64,000 bases of DNA, from assembly GCA_963708025.1 (NCBI GenBank), contig CAVPSB010000024.1:34874-98873 (forward strand), given 5' to 3'. The translations under genes were made by a program, and so were the position numbers. Positions 41,701 to 52,559 of this stretch are shown here, one piece after another. The DNA is from an uncultured Candidatus Rokubacteria bacterium (lineage in GTDB: Bacteria > Methylomirabilota > Methylomirabilia > Rokubacteriales > DASRDR01). The first letter of the stretch is position 1. The number at the start of each line of letters is the position of its first letter. The notes beneath the pieces are model-generated. The model did not search any database and was not told the origin of the DNA. It was given only the letters and a program-made list of their open reading frames with translations.

Positions 41701-42949
41701 CTACGGGAGACCGGCTCGAATGGCGCGGGCCAAGCGGGCCACGCCTTCGGCGAGCCGGTCGAGCGGCTGGAGGCTGAAGGACAGCCGGATGTGGTGCGTC
41801 CCTTGCCCGTCCGGGAAGCAGGCGGTCCCCGGCATCGCCACCACGCGCTCCGCCTCCGCCCGGGCCGTGACCTTCTCCACGTCGGTGCCGGGCGGCAGCG
41901 TGAGCCAGACGAAGAAGCCGCCCTCCGGCCGGGTCCGGGCCACCTCCTTCGGCATCTCGGCCGCCAGCGCCGCCTCCATCGCGTCGCGCCGCGTCCGGTA
42001 GCTCCGCCGCAGCACCTCGATGTGGGCGGCCAGGCGCCCGCTCTTCATGAGGGTGCCCACGATCAGGGAGGTGAGCCCGTTCGTCGAGCCCTCGCCCTTG
42101 AACGGCTGGAGGCGCTGGATCAGGGCCGGGTCGCCGAGGACGAAGCCGAGGCGGACGCCGGGGGCGACGATCTTCGAGAAGGTGCCGAGGCGCACGACCA
42201 CGCCGTGGCGGTCGAGCGCGTGGAGCGCGGGGACGGGCGTCCCCTCGAAGCGGAGGTCGCCGTAGGCGTCGTCCTCGACGATCGGGACGTCGTGACGCGA
42301 CCGCGAGGTCGAGGAGTGCCCGGCGCCGGGCGACCGGCATCGTGACCCCGGTCGGATTGTTGAAGGTCGGGATGCTGTAGAGGAAGCGGGGCCGGGTCCC
42401 GGCCGCCCGCAGCCGGCCGAGCGTGGCTTCGAGGGCGTCCAGGTCGAGGCCCTCGGCGTCGACCGGGACGGGGACGGCGGTGAGCCCGTGGAACCGGATC
42501 GTGCGGATCGTGCCCATGAAGGTCGGCGCCTCGATGAGGCACGTGTCGCCGGGGTTGGCCAGGACCTGGACGACCAGCGCGATGGCCTGCGAGGAGCCGC
42601 TGGTGATGGCCAGCCCCTCCGGCGGGATCGGCCGCCCCTCCTCCCGCTCGAGCTTCTTCGCCAGCTCGGCCAGCAGCACCGGGTTGCCCTGCACCTGGCC
42701 GTACTGGAGCGCCACCGCCCAGTCCGCGGGATTGCCCAGCGCCTCGCGGGCGGACTCGAGGAGCCCGTCGGCGGGGAACAGCTCGGGGGCCGGCGCTCCG
42801 AAGGCCAGCGAGATGACGCTCGGGTCGACCGGACCCGCCCGCATGACCACCGGGATCTCATGGACGCGGCGGTTGAACCGCTCCGGCCCCCAGGCGAAGC
42901 GCAGCGCCTCCAGCTCGGCCGTGCGGGTGGGGTTCTCCTGGCTCAGCAT
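41701..42949 (-). CDS. PLP-dependent aminotransferase, class I/II (frameshift near 42298)
   Basis: IPTFNNPTG, VEDDAY, GTFSKIVAPGVRLG. Confidence 0.9.
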
Positions 42950-43115
42950 GGATCGAAGCCCTTTCTGCCCGCGTCCGGTCGCGCCCGACATCCGCATGGC
43001 GGGAGCCACCCCTCGCGGGGAGCGGACGGGGGCCGGCGGTCGGGCCCGGGCCCGGCCATTATCCCAGATCGGCGGGCCGCCGGCCACCATCCCGCGCCGG
43101 CGGGGCGACGGATCC

Positions 43116-44015
43116 TCAGGAAGCGCGGGCGCTCAGGGCCTTGCGGTAGACCAGGTCGGCAGTGACCACGTCCTCCACCGCCAGGCCGACCGACTTGAAC
43201 AGGGTGATCTCATCATGGGACTGGCGGCCCGGCCGGGTGCCGGCGACGACCTCGCCCAGCTCGGCGACGGGCGGGCGGCCGGCGGCGATGACGTCGCCCG
43301 ACTCCTTGGTGCAGGCCTCGCGCGAGTTGACGTAGAGCCGGGCGCGCCCCAGCACCGCGTCGTCGAGCTCGCGCCAGTCCGGTCGGGGGGCGCCGACGGC
43401 GTTGATGTGGGCCCCCGGCGACAGCCACTCCCCGCGAAGCACGGGGATCTTCGAGGTGGTCGCGGTCACGATCACCCCGGCGCCCCGCACGGCCTCCTCG
43501 GCCGACGCCGCGGCCCGGACCCCGAACTCGCGCGCAAACTCGCCGGCGTGGCGGGGGCTCCACACCCGCACCTCGCGGAACTCCCGGACCAGCCGGAGCG
43601 CGTGCAGGTGGCTCTTCGCCTGGACCCCCGAGCCGATCAGCGCGAGCACCGACGCGTCCGGGCGGGCGAGGAGCTTGGTGGCCACCGCCGAGACCGCCGC
43701 GGTGCGCTCCTCGGTGATGAGCCGGCCGTCCATCATGGCGAGGGGGACGCCGGTCTCGGGCGCGAAGAGCTGGATGACCGCGTGGTGGGTCGGGATGCCC
43801 CGGTTGCCGGGGTAGAAGGTCACGAGCTTGACCCCCAGCGCGCCGGCGTAGGCCGGCATCAGGCCGAGGAACCCCTCGTGGTCGGCGATCGGCAGCATGC
43901 TTCGCACGGGCTGGACCACCTTTCCCGTCGAGAAGTCGGCGAGGGCTCCCTCCATCGCGGCGATCACCTCTTCCATCCGAAGTAGCCGGCGAACCGCCGC
44001 CTCGTCCAGGATCAT
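43116..44015 (-). CDS. Ornithine cyclodeaminase/mu-crystallin family protein
   Basis: ITEERTAAVS, IGSGVQA, FKSVGLAVED. Confidence 0.9.
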   Translation of the reverse strand: MILDEAAVRRLLRMEEVIAAMEGALADFSTGKVVQPVRSMLPIADHEGFLGLMPAYAGALGVKLVTFYPGNRGIPTHHAVIQLFAPETGVPLAMMDGRLITEERTAAVSAVATKLLARPDASVLALIGSGVQAKSHLHALRLVREFREVRVWSPRHAGEFAREFGVRAAASAEEAVRGAGVIVTATTSKIPVLRGEWLSPGAHINAVGAPRPDWRELDDAVLGRARLYVNSREACTKESGDVIAAGRPPVAELGEVVAGTRPGRQSHDEITLFKSVGLAVEDVVTADLVYRKALSARAS

Positions 44016-44209
44016 CGGGACCTCCCTCCTACCCCCCCAACCCCCCTCCCCCACCCACCGGGGGGGAGGGGGGCCGGAGCGCTCGAGGCCGGAGCGCTCG
44101 ATGGCCTCAGTTCGGGACCTCTCGGGACCTCCCTCCTACCCCCAACCCCCTCCCCCACCGTTCGACGGCCTTCGGCCTTTGGCTGGGGGAGGGGGGAGCC
44201 GGAGGGGGA
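44013..44209 (-). repeat. Two adjacent family B repeats
   Basis: GGGACCTCCCTCCTACCCCC..AACCCCCTCCCCCACC at ~44017 and ~44124; the terminal GAGGTCCCGA is duplicated in the second copy. Confidence 0.85.
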
Positions 44210-44219
44210 TCGCTTGCGC

Positions 44220-44801
44220 TCAGGGCTTCGGCTTGACCCAGGTCTCGGACCAGGCCAGGCAGGCGCTCGAGCTCTGCCGGTCGCCGCGCATCTCGGGCCA
44301 CGGCAGCCCGGTCGCGAAGCGGCCGTTCAGCTCGACCTGGGCCCCCCGCGCCGGGAAGAACGTGCTGAAGACCCCGATCGGCCGGTTGTTGAAGCCGGGT
44401 GGCGCGTTCAGGACGAACGGCTCGATGCAGTCGTACCAGGTCAGCGTGATCGAGTCCGCCCCCGACACGACGCTCTCGGTCGCCGACGAGCGGGGATCGC
44501 CGTCACGCTCGAAGGCGGCGTCGATGACGGGCAGCTTCGGGTCCGCGAACGGCGCGTGGAGAAGCGTCTCGATGCTGGCTTGGAGCCAGCGCGCCACCGC
44601 GATCTGGTCGCTGTAGATCCGGACCTGGCCGTCGGTGAGCGGGCTCTGCGCGAACAGGACGTGACCGGCCCCGGCCGGGCACCACAGCACCCGCCAGTGA
44701 CTGAAGCGGTCCGACATCGTCTTGCCGCCGTCCGGGCTCAGCCGGATGAAGGAGTTCTCGCCGGTCATCAGGACCTGGTTCGGGTCCACGGGTGGCGTCA
44801 T
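44220..44801 (-). CDS. Conserved-looking hypothetical protein
   Basis: 193-aa ORF with RBS and high GC3; ends SSSACLAWSETW. Confidence 0.75.
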   Translation of the reverse strand: MTPPVDPNQVLMTGENSFIRLSPDGGKTMSDRFSHWRVLWCPAGAGHVLFAQSPLTDGQVRIYSDQIAVARWLQASIETLLHAPFADPKLPVIDAAFERDGDPRSSATESVVSGADSITLTWYDCIEPFVLNAPPGFNNRPIGVFSTFFPARGAQVELNGRFATGLPWPEMRGDRQSSSACLAWSETWVKPKP

Positions 44802-44839
44802 CTGTCTCTCCTCGGTGGTGGTATGCTGGCGCTTTCGAC

Positions 44840-45703
44840 ATGGATCCGCTCGCCGCCGCTCTCGTCCTCACCTCGGCGGTGCTGCATCCGCTCTGGTACG
44901 CGCTGCTCAAGCGCGACCCCGATCCCGACGCGGCGTTCGTCGGGCTGAACGTCGCCGTCACCCTGGTCGCCCTGGCTCACGCCGTGATCGGCGGCGTCGC
45001 CCTCACCGCCGGTCTCGTCGTCTGGCCCCTGTTCCTCGTCTCCGCGGCCGGTCAGATCGCCTACGGGCTGGCCATCGTCGGCGTCCTCAAGCGCGGCGAC
45101 CTCTCGGCCTACTACCCGATCATCCGCGCCTCGCCGCTCGCCATCGTCGCCGCCGGCTTCCTCGTCCTCGGCGAGCACTACCGGCCGGTGCTCCTCGTCG
45201 GGATCGCCCTGGTCCTGGCGGGCAGCCTGGCCATCCAGTACCGGCGCGGCGCCCGGTTCCTGTCGGAGCCCCTGGTCCTGGGCCTCGCCGTCCTCGCGCT
45301 CCTCGCCTCGGCGGTCTACGCGCTGGCCGACTCGCGATCGGTGCGCCGGGCCGACCCGGTCGCCGTCCTCTTCTGGGTCCAGACGATCACGGTCCCCGTG
45401 TTCGCCGCCCTTTACCGGAGCCGCCCGCCAGCCCCGCCGCCGGGTCCCTCGCCGCCCGCGTGGGCGCCGGCACCGCTCCGCTACCTCGTCCTAGGCGGAC
45501 TCGCCTACTCCTCGTACTACCTGATCCTGCTCGCCTACGGCCGGGGCGCCAACGTGGCCGCCGTCAACGCGATACGCCAGGCGGCGATCCCGATCTCCGT
45601 GGTGATCGGCGGCCTGTGGCTCGCCGAGGGGGCGATGGGGCGCCGGCTGGCCGCCGCTTTCGCCATCGCCGCCGGCATCGTCGTCATCGTCCTCGCGCGC
45701 TGA
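44840..45703 (+). CDS. EamA/DMT family transporter
   Basis: About 10 TM helices; GDLSAYYPIIR. Confidence 0.85.
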   Translation: MDPLAAALVLTSAVLHPLWYALLKRDPDPDAAFVGLNVAVTLVALAHAVIGGVALTAGLVVWPLFLVSAAGQIAYGLAIVGVLKRGDLSAYYPIIRASPLAIVAAGFLVLGEHYRPVLLVGIALVLAGSLAIQYRRGARFLSEPLVLGLAVLALLASAVYALADSRSVRRADPVAVLFWVQTITVPVFAALYRSRPPAPPPGPSPPAWAPAPLRYLVLGGLAYSSYYLILLAYGRGANVAAVNAIRQAAIPISVVIGGLWLAEGAMGRRLAAAFAIAAGIVVIVLAR

Positions 45704-45823
45704 CGACATTCCCGCGGGCGAGTCGCCGGCAGCGGTCGGATGCTAGCCCGCGCACCGCGGGCTGTCAACCGACGAGACCGCCGCGAGCGCCTGCGGCGTC
45801 AGCCGGCCCGGCCGGCCGGCTTG

Positions 45824-46750
45824 CTACAGCCTGACGGCGGCGACCCGGAAGCCGATGTGGTCGGATCGGCGCTCGGGCTCGAACCGCAGCCGGAAGGCCG
45901 ACCGGCACGGCCAGCCGTCGTCGGTCCAGGCTCCTGCCCCGCCGCACCCGCGAAAAGGTGCCGTCTCGGTTCCGCGCGCCCTGCACCGACGAGAGGTCCG
46001 GATCAGTGCCGCCCGGCAGCTTCGCGTGATACCAATCCCGGCACCACTCGAAGACGTTGCCGTGCATGTCGTGCAGGCCCCAGGCGTTGGCGGGGTAGCT
46101 GCCGACCTTCGCGGCCTGGTCGAGCGACGGCCCGGGCTCGGCGCCGTTGTACGGCTTGCCCTGGAAGTTCGCCTGCGTGCTGCTCAGCTTGTCGCCGAAC
46201 GCGGTGGCGGTCGTGCGTCCCGGCCCGGCAGGCGTACTCCCACTGCGCCTCGGTGGGCAGCCGGAACTCCCAGCCCTCGGGCAGGCCACCGGCTTTCGCG
46301 GCTCACGGTCGGTCAGCTCGTGGCAGAACGCCTCCGCCTCGGCGTAGTTGACGTTGTAGACGGGGCAGTCAGCCCCCTCGGCACTCCCGCCGGCGTCAGC
46401 GCTCCCGGCAGCTCCCCGACCACCTGTCTCCACTGCCCTTGCGTCACCTCGTACTTGCCCATCCAGAAGCCTCGGGTCAGCGTCACCTCGACCTGGTCCT
46501 CGCCCGGGCGTCGCTCCGGCTCGTCCGGCGGGCTTCCCATCCGGAACCGGCCCGCCGGGCACCAGCACAGCTTGACGCCGGCCACGGCACGCTCGTCCCC
46601 GCCCTTCGAGCCGCCGAAGGGCTCCGGCCGGTCCGTGGGCGGCAGGCTGTCGCTCGCCAGCAGCACCCGGCTCGTGGCCTCGCGGTGGCAGCCGATCAGG
46701 CCGAGCATCCAGAGGAGCGCCGACCGGCGGCCGCAGCCGGCCTCAGCCAT
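45824..46750 (-). CDS. Formylglycine-generating enzyme (FGE-sulfatase) domain protein (frameshifts)
   Basis: [31 protein letters not shown]. Confidence 0.85.
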
Positions 46751-46837
46751 CACATCGGAGGCAGGAGTGCCGATGGCGCGCCATCATGCTCGATCGCGTG
46801 AACCATACCTCCTTGCACCAGCCGCCGGCGTCCACAC

Positions 46838-48076
46838 TCAATTGGCCAGGCTCTTCACGACCCCGAACCAGAGGGCGGTCAGCTCCGAGCCGAAATCGCC
46901 GACGTCGCGCGCCGCGGTATGGACCATCACGAGCTTCGACCCCGGGTGCACGAACACGCACTGCCCTCGCAGGCCTCGCAACGCGAACTGCCGGTCCGGG
47001 CCGGGCACGATCCACGTCTGGTAGCCGTAGCCGAAGAACGAGCCCGTGTGGCCGGGCTCGAACTGGCGGGCCGCCGGTGTGGTCGCCGCGCGCACCCAGC
47101 CGGCCGGGATGATCTGACGGCCGTCGAGCGCGCCATCGTTCGCGAGCAGCATGCCGAGGCGCGCGTAGTCGCGCACCGTGGCGTTGACGGCGAAGTACGC
47201 CGTCTCGTAGCCACCCCGGTCGATGGCCCAGGAGGCGTCGGCCTCGGCGCCCATCGGCTGCCAGATCTTCGCCGACAGGTACTCGGCGAGCGGTGTCCCC
47301 GTGGCTGCGCGCAGCACCAGGCCGAGGACCTGCGTCTCGGCCGACGAGTAGGAGAAGCGCTCCCCCGGCGGGCGATCGCGCGTGCGGAAGGGCAGGACCG
47401 TCGCGGCCCCTCCCGCGCTGTCCCCCAGCACCGACAGCCGCGCGAGCGTCGCCACGTCGTCGGCGCCGCTGTAGTTCTCGGTGAACCGGACGCCCGAGGA
47501 CATCGTCAGCAGGTGGCGGATCGGCGTCTCGCCGTACGGGGTGCCCTTGAGCGCGGCGACGTACTGCTCGGCGCCATCGTCGAGCGAGCGGATCTTTCCC
47601 TCGGACAGCGCGACGCCGACGAGCATGGCCACGATCGTCTTGGCCATCGAGTAGGAGTTCATGCGGTGCTCGGGCTTGCGCTCGTACTGGTACCGCTCGG
47701 CGAGGATGGTGTCGTCCTTCAGGATCAGCAGGCCCGTGGTGCGGTTGCGGGCAAGATAGTCGTCCAGCCCGCTGGTCCGTGACTGGAAGGTGTAGCGGAG
47801 TGCTGGCTCGCCCGCCGCCCGCTTCAGGGGTCGCGCCTCCGCTCCCCGGGCCACCTTGCGCGCCGGGAACATCTCGTCGAACCGGCTCACCAGGCCGATC
47901 AGGCACCGCGTCTCCGGCCGCAGGGACGGCGGACAGACCGGATAGCCCTCGTCCTTGCCCAGCGCCGCCTCGTCCGGCGCGGCGACGGCCCCGGCTGCGA
48001 AGACGACGACGGCGAGAAACACCGGCAGCCCCACGCCGCCCCGTCCGATCCTCTGGAGAACGCCGGCCTCGTTCAC
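46838..48076 (-). CDS. Serine hydrolase (6-aminohexanoate-dimer hydrolase-like)
   Basis: SYSMAKT, LLTMSSG, YSS, YGYQTW. Confidence 0.9.
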   Translation of the reverse strand: MNEAGVLQRIGRGGVGLPVFLAVVVFAAGAVAAPDEAALGKDEGYPVCPPSLRPETRCLIGLVSRFDEMFPARKVARGAEARPLKRAAGEPALRYTFQSRTSGLDDYLARNRTTGLLILKDDTILAERYQYERKPEHRMNSYSMAKTIVAMLVGVALSEGKIRSLDDGAEQYVAALKGTPYGETPIRHLLTMSSGVRFTENYSGADDVATLARLSVLGDSAGGAATVLPFRTRDRPPGERFSYSSAETQVLGLVLRAATGTPLAEYLSAKIWQPMGAEADASWAIDRGGYETAYFAVNATVRDYARLGMLLANDGALDGRQIIPAGWVRAATTPAARQFEPGHTGSFFGYGYQTWIVPGPDRQFALRGLRGQCVFVHPGSKLVMVHTAARDVGDFGSELTALWFGVVKSLAN

Positions 48077-48157
48077 GCTTGCCCTCCCCTCGCGCTCATG
48101 CCGGTCCCACGGTCGCGGTGACGGGCCACCGCGACGCGGTGCGACCCGGCGGTCCGG

Positions 48158-48458
48158 TCACTCGGCCAGCGAGCCGAGCCGGATCCACCACGGACAGGTC
48201 TGCTTGACGATCAACAAGCCGTTCCGCGCCCACGGGTCGGCGGCCAGGCGGTCGGCGATCTCGGAGGGGTCCGTGGCGCGCACGACCAGCAGGACATCCG
48301 GCGTACCCTCGAGCGGACCCCCCAGGGCGACGAACCCTTCGTCGGCCAGCCCGTTCATGAACGAGGCGTGCGCCGCCCAGTTCGACCTGGTCGTCCAGCG
48401 GTAGCGAATGATCCCAGGCCGGCCCGCGTGAACGGATGACGGCGAACAGCCGCTTCAC
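48158..48458 (-). CDS. YciI-like small protein (frameshift)
   Basis: RGPAWD...HASFMNGLADEGFVALGGPL...DPW. Confidence 0.7.
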
Positions 48459-48618
48459 CCGGCCTCCCGCGCTCTCGATCCCGTGACGCCCAGCGTGCCC
48501 CACGACACGGCGCTCACCTCGGTGCCGGCATGTCCCAGAAGATCATCACGAGCACCAGGACGGCAACCAGGCCCAGCGCCCGCAGACCCGTCAATGGCGA
48601 GCGCTCGATCCAGTTGAC

Positions 48619-49560
48619 TCAGACGCCACGGAACACGTCCGAGCTCGAGTAGCGCTGGCCGGAGTCCACCACGATCGTGGCCACGGTGGCGCCGGGCCCG
48701 AGGCGCGCCGCGATCCGCAGCGCACCGACCACGTTGGCGCCCGTCGAGGGACCGGTGAAGATCGCCTCCTCCCGCGCCAGTCTGCGGGCCATCGCCTTGG
48801 CCTCGTCCGTGGTCACCGTCAGGATCTCGTCCACCTCGGCCGGCTTCCAGAGCGGCGGGATGAACCCGATCCCGATGCCCTCGATCCGGTGCGAGCCGGA
48901 CGGCTTGCCCGACAGCACCGCCGACTCGGCCGGCTCCACCGCCACCACGCGGACCCGGGGGTCGTGGCGGCGCAGCGCGCGCGCCGTCCCGTGAATCGAG
49001 TGCGCCGTGCTCACCGCCTGGACGAACGCGCTCACGTGCCCGCCGGTCTGCTCCCAGATCTCCTCGCCGAGCGGATGGTAGCCCGCCTCGCCGTCCTGGT
49101 TGTTGAGCTGGTCCGCCCACCAGTGCCCCGGCCGCTGGCTGAGCTCCTCGGCAGTCCGGATCATCGTCTTGATCAGCTGCTCGTTGATCTTCCCGCCGTC
49201 GCTCGGCACGTCCGTGATCTCTCCCCCGTACGCCCGCATCGTGTAGCGCTTCTCCTCGCTGAACGCGTCGGAGAACACGAAGTGTGCCTTGAAGCCGAGC
49301 GCGCCGCAGACGAAGGCGAGCGAGATCCCGGTCGTCCCGGCCGTGTACTCGACGACCGTTCCACCCGGCGGGAGCCGGCGCGTCGCCGCTGCACGCTCCA
49401 CGATCGCGCGAGCCATCCGGTCCTTCATGCTGCCGGTGGGGTTGGTGGATTCGAGCTTCACGATCACCCGGGCGGAGCCGGGCGGCACGATGCGCCGCAG
49501 CTCCACGAGCGGCGTGTTCCCGATCGCGTCCAGCACGCTCCTCCCGTCTAGCACACCCAT
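48619..49560 (-). CDS. Cysteine synthase family PLP enzyme
   Basis: IGNTPLV, KLESTNPTGSMKDR, IEGIG. Confidence 0.9.
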   Translation of the reverse strand: MGVLDGRSVLDAIGNTPLVELRRIVPPGSARVIVKLESTNPTGSMKDRMARAIVERAAATRRLPPGGTVVEYTAGTTGISLAFVCGALGFKAHFVFSDAFSEEKRYTMRAYGGEITDVPSDGGKINEQLIKTMIRTAEELSQRPGHWWADQLNNQDGEAGYHPLGEEIWEQTGGHVSAFVQAVSTAHSIHGTARALRRHDPRVRVVAVEPAESAVLSGKPSGSHRIEGIGIGFIPPLWKPAEVDEILTVTTDEAKAMARRLAREEAIFTGPSTGANVVGALRIAARLGPGATVATIVVDSGQRYSSSDVFRGV

Positions 49561-49648
49561 CCTCCCGTGTGGACGCTACCCCGCTTCTTCACATGCGCCA
49601 CCAACTCTTCGGCGCCGCTTCGTGCCGGACGCCGCGTCTCGGCACGCC

Positions 49649-50543
49649 TCACAACAGGTCGGCCACCGATTCGTGAAAACGGCGCATGGCCGTGACATGG
49701 GCATCCGTTGACCTGCCGTCGATACGCTTGTGATGGCGGCGCTCGAACGCCGTGTTCAACGTGATGTGCGTGACGCCCAGCCGACGCCAGGCCTCGACCT
49801 CCTGGCGCCACTCCCCCGGCGTGCGGCCACCCATCGACATCCATGCGTCGATGCCGATGTCCCCCTCTTTGCGGCCGACCTCGCGGGCATGGGCGTGCAG
49901 CTTCCCGATCTCCCGGCCGGCCACTTCATCGGGTGGATAGGCAAGGATGATCCAGCCATCACCCAGGCGAGCGATGCGGCGCAGTACCGTGTCGGCATGA
50001 CCACCGAACCAGACTGGAATGGACCGCCGAGCCGGCAATGGGTTGATGCCGGCGTCGGGGATGTCGTGCCAGGCACCCTGGAAGGTGACGTGGGGGTCGG
50101 CCCACAACGCCTTCATGACGGCGACTGTTCCTCGGATCGACGGCCTCGATCGTGGAAGTTCTCGCCCAGACCGACGTATTCCACCGGATTCCAGCCGATG
50201 CCGATGCCGAGCCGAAGCCGCCCGCCCGAGAGCACATCGACCGAGGCGGCCTGCTTCGCCACCAGCGCCGTCTGTCGCTGTGGCAGGATGAGCACCTGCG
50301 TCGTCAGCTCGATCCGGGTCGTCTGCCCCGCCAGATAGCCAAACAGCACGAAGGTGTCGTGAAAACAGTGCGCCGACGTGTACGGACCGGCCCAGTCGGG
50401 CCGGCTGGCCGTGTTCGCCCCGAGCACGTGATCGTAGGTCGCCAGGTGATCGTAGCCCGTGGCCTCCGCCGCTTGCGCAAAATCGCGGCCGCCAGCGGGT
50501 CACCACCGATATCGGTCTGCGGTATGGCAATGCCGAGTTTCAT
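49649..50543 (-). CDS. LLM-class (F420-dependent-type) oxidoreductase (frameshifts)
   Basis: VLILPQRQTALVAKQAASVDVLSGGRLRLGIGIGWN. Confidence 0.85.
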
Positions 50544-50740
50544 CGTGGATCGTCCCTCCCACGCGCTCTCACTGCCGGAGGCGAATCAGCCGGAGCCGCC
50601 GAGCCACGGGAAAACGGTGACCATGCCTGCGCCCTATGTCGGCTGGCAACGACGATAACCCATCCGTCCAGGTCCAACAATCCGGCCGGGCCCCTCGCTC
50701 GCGCCGCCGAGGCGTAGCGGGCCAGGCCAGCGGAAACCGC

Positions 50741-51604
50741 CTACGGCCGCCAGAGGAGCTTCGGGTCGAGCAGGTCCCGCAGCGCCTCCCCGAGCAGGTT
50801 CAGCCCCAGGATGAAGAGCACGATGGCGACGGCCGGGAACACGGTGAGCCAGGGGGCGGTGGCCAGATAGGTGCGCGCGTTGGCCAGCATGTTGCCCCAC
50901 TCGGGCGCCGGCGGCTGGATCCCGAGCCCGAGGAACCCGAGCGCCGTGATGGTCAGGAGCGCGTGGCTCCCCAGGAGCGTCGTGTACACGATGCTGCGCC
51001 CGAGGATGTTGGGCAGGACGTGGCGGGCGACGATCGCCGGGTGTCCGGCGCCGAGGGCGCGGGCGGCGTCGACGTAGTCCTGGGCCGAGGTCTGCAGCAC
51101 CAGGCTCCGGATGAGGCGGAGCAGCGCGGGAGCCGTGGTGAGACCCACGGCGGCGACGACGCCGCGGAGCCCGGCGCCGAAGAGGCTCACCAGGACGACG
51201 GCCAGCACCAGCGAGGGGAAGGTCAGGACCGCGTCGCTCAGGGCCGTGACGACGCGGTCGAGCGTGCCCTGGACGTAGCCGGCGGCGAGCCCGAGGGGGA
51301 GCGCCGCCGCGGTGGCCAGCGCGATGCCCGCGACGACCAGCACCAGGTCGGCCCGGGCCGCCACCACCACGCGGCTCAGGAGGTCCCGGCCCAGCTCGTC
51401 GGTGCCGAACCAGCGGGCCGCCGACGGCGGCTGCAGGAACTCGGCGAGGTCCTGCTCGAGCGGATCGCGCCCGGCCAGCCAGGGCCCGGCGGCGGCGAGG
51501 AGCAGGAAGCCGGCGATCAGCCCGATCCCGGCGGCGACCGCCGGTGTGCGGACCAGGCGGGGCAGGCGCCTAGCGATACCGGATGCGCGGGTCGACGAGG
51601 CCAT
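50741..51604 (-). CDS. Peptide ABC permease (DppC-like); start uncertain
   Basis: FGTDELGRD, YVDAARALG. Confidence 0.9.
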   Translation of the reverse strand: MASSTRASGIARRLPRLVRTPAVAAGIGLIAGFLLLAAAGPWLAGRDPLEQDLAEFLQPPSAARWFGTDELGRDLLSRVVVAARADLVLVVAGIALATAAALPLGLAAGYVQGTLDRVVTALSDAVLTFPSLVLAVVLVSLFGAGLRGVVAAVGLTTAPALLRLIRSLVLQTSAQDYVDAARALGAGHPAIVARHVLPNILGRSIVYTTLLGSHALLTITALGFLGLGIQPPAPEWGNMLANARTYLATAPWLTVFPAVAIVLFILGLNLLGEALRDLLDPKLLWRP

Positions 51605-52490
51605 ACGAGAGATCGACCAGGAGGTTGAGCAGGAGGAAGCCGGCGACGTAGACCAGCGCGATCCCCTGCACCAGGAAGTAGTCGCGCATCGAGACCGCGT
51701 TGATCATCGCCTGGCCCAGCCCCTGGTAGGCGAAGAGCGTCTCGATGACGACGGAGCCGCCGAGGAGGTAGCCGGCCTGGAGGCCGAGCATGGTGACGAT
51801 CGGGACCAGCGCCGGGCGGAGCGCGTGGCGGAAGAGGAGCGCGGCCGCGGCCAGCCCCTTGGCCCGCGCGGTCCGCATGTAGTCCTCGCCGAGGCTCTCG
51901 ACGACGCTGGCCCGCGTGGTGCGGCTGACCAGCGCGACCAGCCGGGCGGCGACGGCCAGCGACGGCATGACGAGGAAGGCCAGGCCGCCGGTGCCGGCAG
52001 CGGGCAGCCAGCCGAGCCGCACGACGAGCAGGTCCATCAGCAGGAGGCCAACCAGGAAGTTGGGGACCGACAGGAGCAGGATGGTCGCCGCGGTGATGCC
52101 CTGGCTGACCGCCCCGAGGGGTCGGACCGCCGCCAGGATGCCGGCCGGGAGCGCAAGCGCCACGGTCAGCCCGAGGCTGGCCGCCATGAGCGCGAGGGTC
52201 GGGCCGATCCGGGAGGCGATGACGGCGCCGACCGGCCGGCCGAAGCTCAACGAGGGGCCGAGGTCGCCGCGGAGGAGATCGCCCAGGAAGGCGAGGTACT
52301 GCGACCAGAGCGGGGCGGCCAGGCCCAGCTCCTGCCGGAGCCGGTCGATCTGGGCCTGGGTGCCGCCCGGCCCCGCGATCAGCGCGGCCGGATCGCCGGG
52401 GACGAGCCGGAAGAGCAGGAACAGGAGCGAGACGGTGAGCCACGCCTGCGGCACCAGGAGCCCGAGCCGCCGCAGCGCGTACTGGCCCAC
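51570..52490 (-). CDS. Peptide ABC permease (DppB-like)
   Basis: PGDPA, DYMRTARAKG, VDPRIRY. Confidence 0.9.
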   Translation of the reverse strand: MGQYALRRLGLLVPQAWLTVSLLFLLFRLVPGDPAALIAGPGGTQAQIDRLRQELGLAAPLWSQYLAFLGDLLRGDLGPSLSFGRPVGAVIASRIGPTLALMAASLGLTVALALPAGILAAVRPLGAVSQGITAATILLLSVPNFLVGLLLMDLLVVRLGWLPAAGTGGLAFLVMPSLAVAARLVALVSRTTRASVVESLGEDYMRTARAKGLAAAALLFRHALRPALVPIVTMLGLQAGYLLGGSVVIETLFAYQGLGQAMINAVSMRDYFLVQGIALVYVAGFLLLNLLVDLSYGLVDPRIRYR

Positions 52491-52559
52491 GCTACTCCCT
52501 CCCCCGATTCGGCTCCTCGCCAGGCCCGTGGACGAAGAAGCTCCCCTGAAGTGGAATTC

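Noticed and set aside
17011-48076. The two SxxK proteins (17011-18175 and 46838-48076) as beta-lactamases
   Set aside because: Motifs and context fit general serine hydrolases; resistance cannot be inferred from sequence.
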